IMG/VR virus record: IMGVR_UViG_3300036861_000985
Location: 1-55,798 of that record
Origin: a virus
Taxonomy: Duplodnaviria > Caudoviricetes
Length of the DNA: 55,798 nucleotides
Strand: one strand, 5' to 3'
Shown here in pieces: positions 53,611 through 55,798 of this stretch (within the stretch, counting starts at the first letter, position 1; the number at the start of each line of letters is the position of its first letter). The translations under genes were made by a program, and so were the position numbers. The notes under the pieces are model-generated. The model ran no database searches. It worked only from the letters and a program-made list of their open reading frames with translations, and was not told where the DNA came from.

Positions 53611-55209
53611 TCAGATGTTCGTCGCCTCGATCTCCTTGACCCAGGTGTCCGGGCCCTCGCCGCGCATGAACGCCGCGATCTGGTCGAACATGTGATCACC
53701 GTAGCCGCCCACGTTCAGGACGGCGTTCTTCTGGTCGTAGACCTGCACCGACGTGGTCGGCGCGATGTCGATGCAGACGAGGCGAGCCTTCGGGTTCTTG
53801 CCCCGGATGCGCGCCCACTCGTGTGCCATGTCGGTTCCACGGCGTCCGTCGCCCATGGTCGGCGACTGCATCCAGGACTCGTTGTCCGAGATCATAACGA
53901 TCAAGTCCACCTCGCCCTTGATCACGCGCAGCGGCGCAGCGCAGTCGGTGCCGCCCTGCGGCAGCTCCGCGATCTTCCGTGCATTCGTCATCACCGCGTC
54001 ACGCGGGTTCAGGTCGATCGAGTGCACCCGATCGTTGAACGGGATGACGCGCGCATCCCCGTTCGTGCGCAGGATACAGCTCGCGATGAGCGACGCCACG
54101 TCGAGCACCGACACCTTGGTCGTCGCGGTACCGCGCGAGCCCGTCACCGGGTCGTGCATCGAGCCCGAGACGTCCGGGCAGATCACGACGCGGCCGGGGA
54201 TCGCCGGCACGTTGCCCGTCACGTACTCGAGCGCGTCCTGCAACGCGTTCTTGATCGCGACGTCCACCTCCGCGTTCATGTACGCGACGAGGAGCTGGTA
54301 CGGGAAGACGCGCACCTTCGCAAGCGTCTCCTCGTCGCGGAGGCGCTTCGCCACGTTCTTCACCATCGCGGCGTCCTCGAAGACGCCGTGACGCTTGAAC
54401 GTGTTGAGGTTCATGCGGAGCGTGTGCCAGTTGGCGCGGGAGGCGATCGTCTTCCAGTGCTCGTCCGAGATCTGCGTCCCGGTGAGCATCTGGAACGGCA
54501 GGTCCGGCATCGGCTGCGTGGCGTCCTTCTTCCACGCCTCGAACGCCTTCACGACCTCCGGCAGCTTGCTGAGATCCGCACGCGGACGCGCCGCCGTCGC
54601 CTTCATCTTCTCGACGTCGTGCTCCATCATGTACGCGCGGAGCGCGCGCTCCTCTTCGTCACGAGGAGCCGGGCGCGCCATCCTGATCACGTCCACCATC
54701 GACGGACGAGTGCCGATCGAGTCGCGGAAGATCTTCTCCGGCGTTCGAGCTGCGAACCAGCCGTTGATGAGCTTCTTCACCGCGGTGCCGAAGCTCTTCC
54801 GGCCCGTCGCGCCCGAGCGCACGATCTGCACGAAGTTCCGCAGCATCTTCCCGTTGTCGATGACGACCGGGAAGACCGCCTTGAGCAGACGGAGCGACTC
54901 CGGGTCCTTGCGCGACGCGAGCACCGCGCAGAGGAACGCCGGCATGTCCTTCATCTGGCCCTTGTCACGCGCGAAGCACGCGAGCTGCGCGATGAAGCGC
55001 GAGTCCACCTTCGACGCGAGGTCGAGCACGGCCGCGAGCTGCTGGTCCGCCGACGTGTAGTACTTGTCGGTGAAGACGCCGGTCATCGCGTACTGCCCGA
55101 GGCTGTGCTTCGCCCCCGGATCGTATGCGTGTCCGCCTGCCTCGTTGGTCGTATCCGTCACCCGCGGCGTCTTGCCGCGCGTGCTCGTGAAGAGCTGCGT
55201 ATTCGCCAT
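53611..55209 (-). CDS. rsr: Ro60/Rsr TROVE-domain RNA-binding protein with vWA domain
   Basis: NEAGG.AY, L.QYA.TG, MKDMPA, DNGKMLRNFVQI.RSG..GRKS.G, LRMNLNTF.RHG, FPYQL, DVSGSM, GGTDC, SDNESW. Confidence 0.95.
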   Translation of the reverse strand: MANTQLFTSTRGKTPRVTDTTNEAGGHAYDPGAKHSLGQYAMTGVFTDKYYTSADQQLAAVLDLASKVDSRFIAQLACFARDKGQMKDMPAFLCAVLASRKDPESLRLLKAVFPVVIDNGKMLRNFVQIVRSGATGRKSFGTAVKKLINGWFAARTPEKIFRDSIGTRPSMVDVIRMARPAPRDEEERALRAYMMEHDVEKMKATAARPRADLSKLPEVVKAFEAWKKDATQPMPDLPFQMLTGTQISDEHWKTIASRANWHTLRMNLNTFKRHGVFEDAAMVKNVAKRLRDEETLAKVRVFPYQLLVAYMNAEVDVAIKNALQDALEYVTGNVPAIPGRVVICPDVSGSMHDPVTGSRGTATTKVSVLDVASLIASCILRTNGDARVIPFNDRVHSIDLNPRDAVMTNARKIAELPQGGTDCAAPLRVIKGEVDLIVMISDNESWMQSPTMGDGRRGTDMAHEWARIRGKNPKARLVCIDIAPTTSVQVYDQKNAVLNVGGYGDHMFDQIAAFMRGEGPDTWVKEIEATNI

Positions 55210-55229
55210 GATGAAATCCCCAGGTCGCG

Positions 55230-55258
55230 AAGTTAGACGCTGTCCGACAGGTTGTCAA
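55230..55258 (-). promoter_or_regulatory. Operator-containing promoter (TTGACA-17-TAACTT) for Ro60
   Basis: Spacer ACCTGTCGGACAGCGTC. Confidence 0.85.
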
Positions 55259-55268
55259 GACGAATGCA

Positions 55269-55478
55269 TCAACGAGCCTTCTCTTCGTCGAGCAAGATCT
55301 GCACGAGCACCCCGCCGAGCTGCCGCGCCGTCAGCATCTGCGGTGGCTCTGCGGCATCCGCGAGCGCGTGGAAGTAGTCGCCGAGAGCGCGCAGTGTGCC
55401 GCGTGGCCCGTGAAACCAGAAGAGGAACAGCACGAGGCCGAGCGGGTTCCCCGGCGTTGCCTTCTTCCGAGCAGCCAT
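55269..55478 (-). CDS. Hypothetical protein
   Basis: TGATG overlap with the upstream gene. Confidence 0.5.
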   Translation of the reverse strand: MAARKKATPGNPLGLVLFLFWFHGPRGTLRALGDYFHALADAAEPPQMLTARQLGGVLVQILLDEEKAR

Positions 55479-55714
55479 CAGGTCTTCTTCCTGCCCTGGA
55501 AGTCCTTCCAGCGCACGGTCGATCCAGCCGGCACCGTTGCGTCGAAGACGTCACCCTGCATCGCGCCGTAGCGCGCCTCGTCCTCCTCGTACGCACGCGT
55601 GCACAGCTCGTGATCCGCCTGCGACGAGCGGCCCTCCTTCGAGCGGCAACGTGCCCGGAAGACCTCCTCCCACTCGCGCTCGGTGAGCTTCGCCTTCGCC
55701 TTGCGCCTAGCCAT
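55478..55714 (-). CDS. Hypothetical protein
   Basis: MARRKAKAKLTEREWEEVFRARC... Confidence 0.55.
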   Translation of the reverse strand: MARRKAKAKLTEREWEEVFRARCRSKEGRSSQADHELCTRAYEEDEARYGAMQGDVFDATVPAGSTVRWKDFQGRKKT

Positions 55715-55798
55715 CACTCGCCCCGGATACGCTGCGAGACCGCGATTGCTGCGCCCCACGCCTTCAGGAGCAGAAGCCGGTCCAGCGCCTGACCACCA

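Noticed and set aside
1-55798. Stop-codon reassignment
   Set aside because: Recognisable genes are full length under the standard code and end in TGA, TAG or TAA; only one suspicious in-frame TAA was seen.

Overview
A GC-rich (roughly two-thirds G+C by eye), gene-dense segment that looks like the non-structural (early/middle) region of a large bacteriophage or prophage. It has long, translationally coupled runs of small minus-strand ORFs and one plus-strand operon (45959-50556). No capsid, tail or terminase genes are visible. A GltG-like FHA domain hints at a myxobacterial host (inference). Recognisable genes: two tandem ParB-like paralogs, Ndk, an HD hydrolase, Thg1, two SNF2 helicases (one HARP-type), an ATP-grasp protein, a CoaB-like/class II aldolase fusion, an MBL hydrolase island, ThyX, an IS1-family transposase with cargo, a NYN nuclease, an SF2 helicase, an RNA-repair-type HAD phosphatase, GroES, a kinase-fold protein, TnpB, an Rnl2-like RNA ligase, an HNH protein, peptide deformylase, an SPFH protein and Ro60/TROVE. 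Two non-coding signals stand out. (1) Three homologous Y RNA-like hairpins lie directly downstream of Ro60, and two of them display tRNA anticodon loops (Ser-GCU, Thr-CGU), suggesting Ro60-held anticodon decoys within a wider RNA-repair toolkit. (2) A recurring sigma70-type promoter carries the palindrome CCTGTC(C/G)GACAGG, or a close variant, between -35 and -10. It occurs in eight promoter copies, and further operator-only copies are present. It heads Thg1, the RNA ligase, Ro60, GroES and other operons, and several of these transcripts appear leaderless. All family calls come from motif recognition by eye; no database searches were run.
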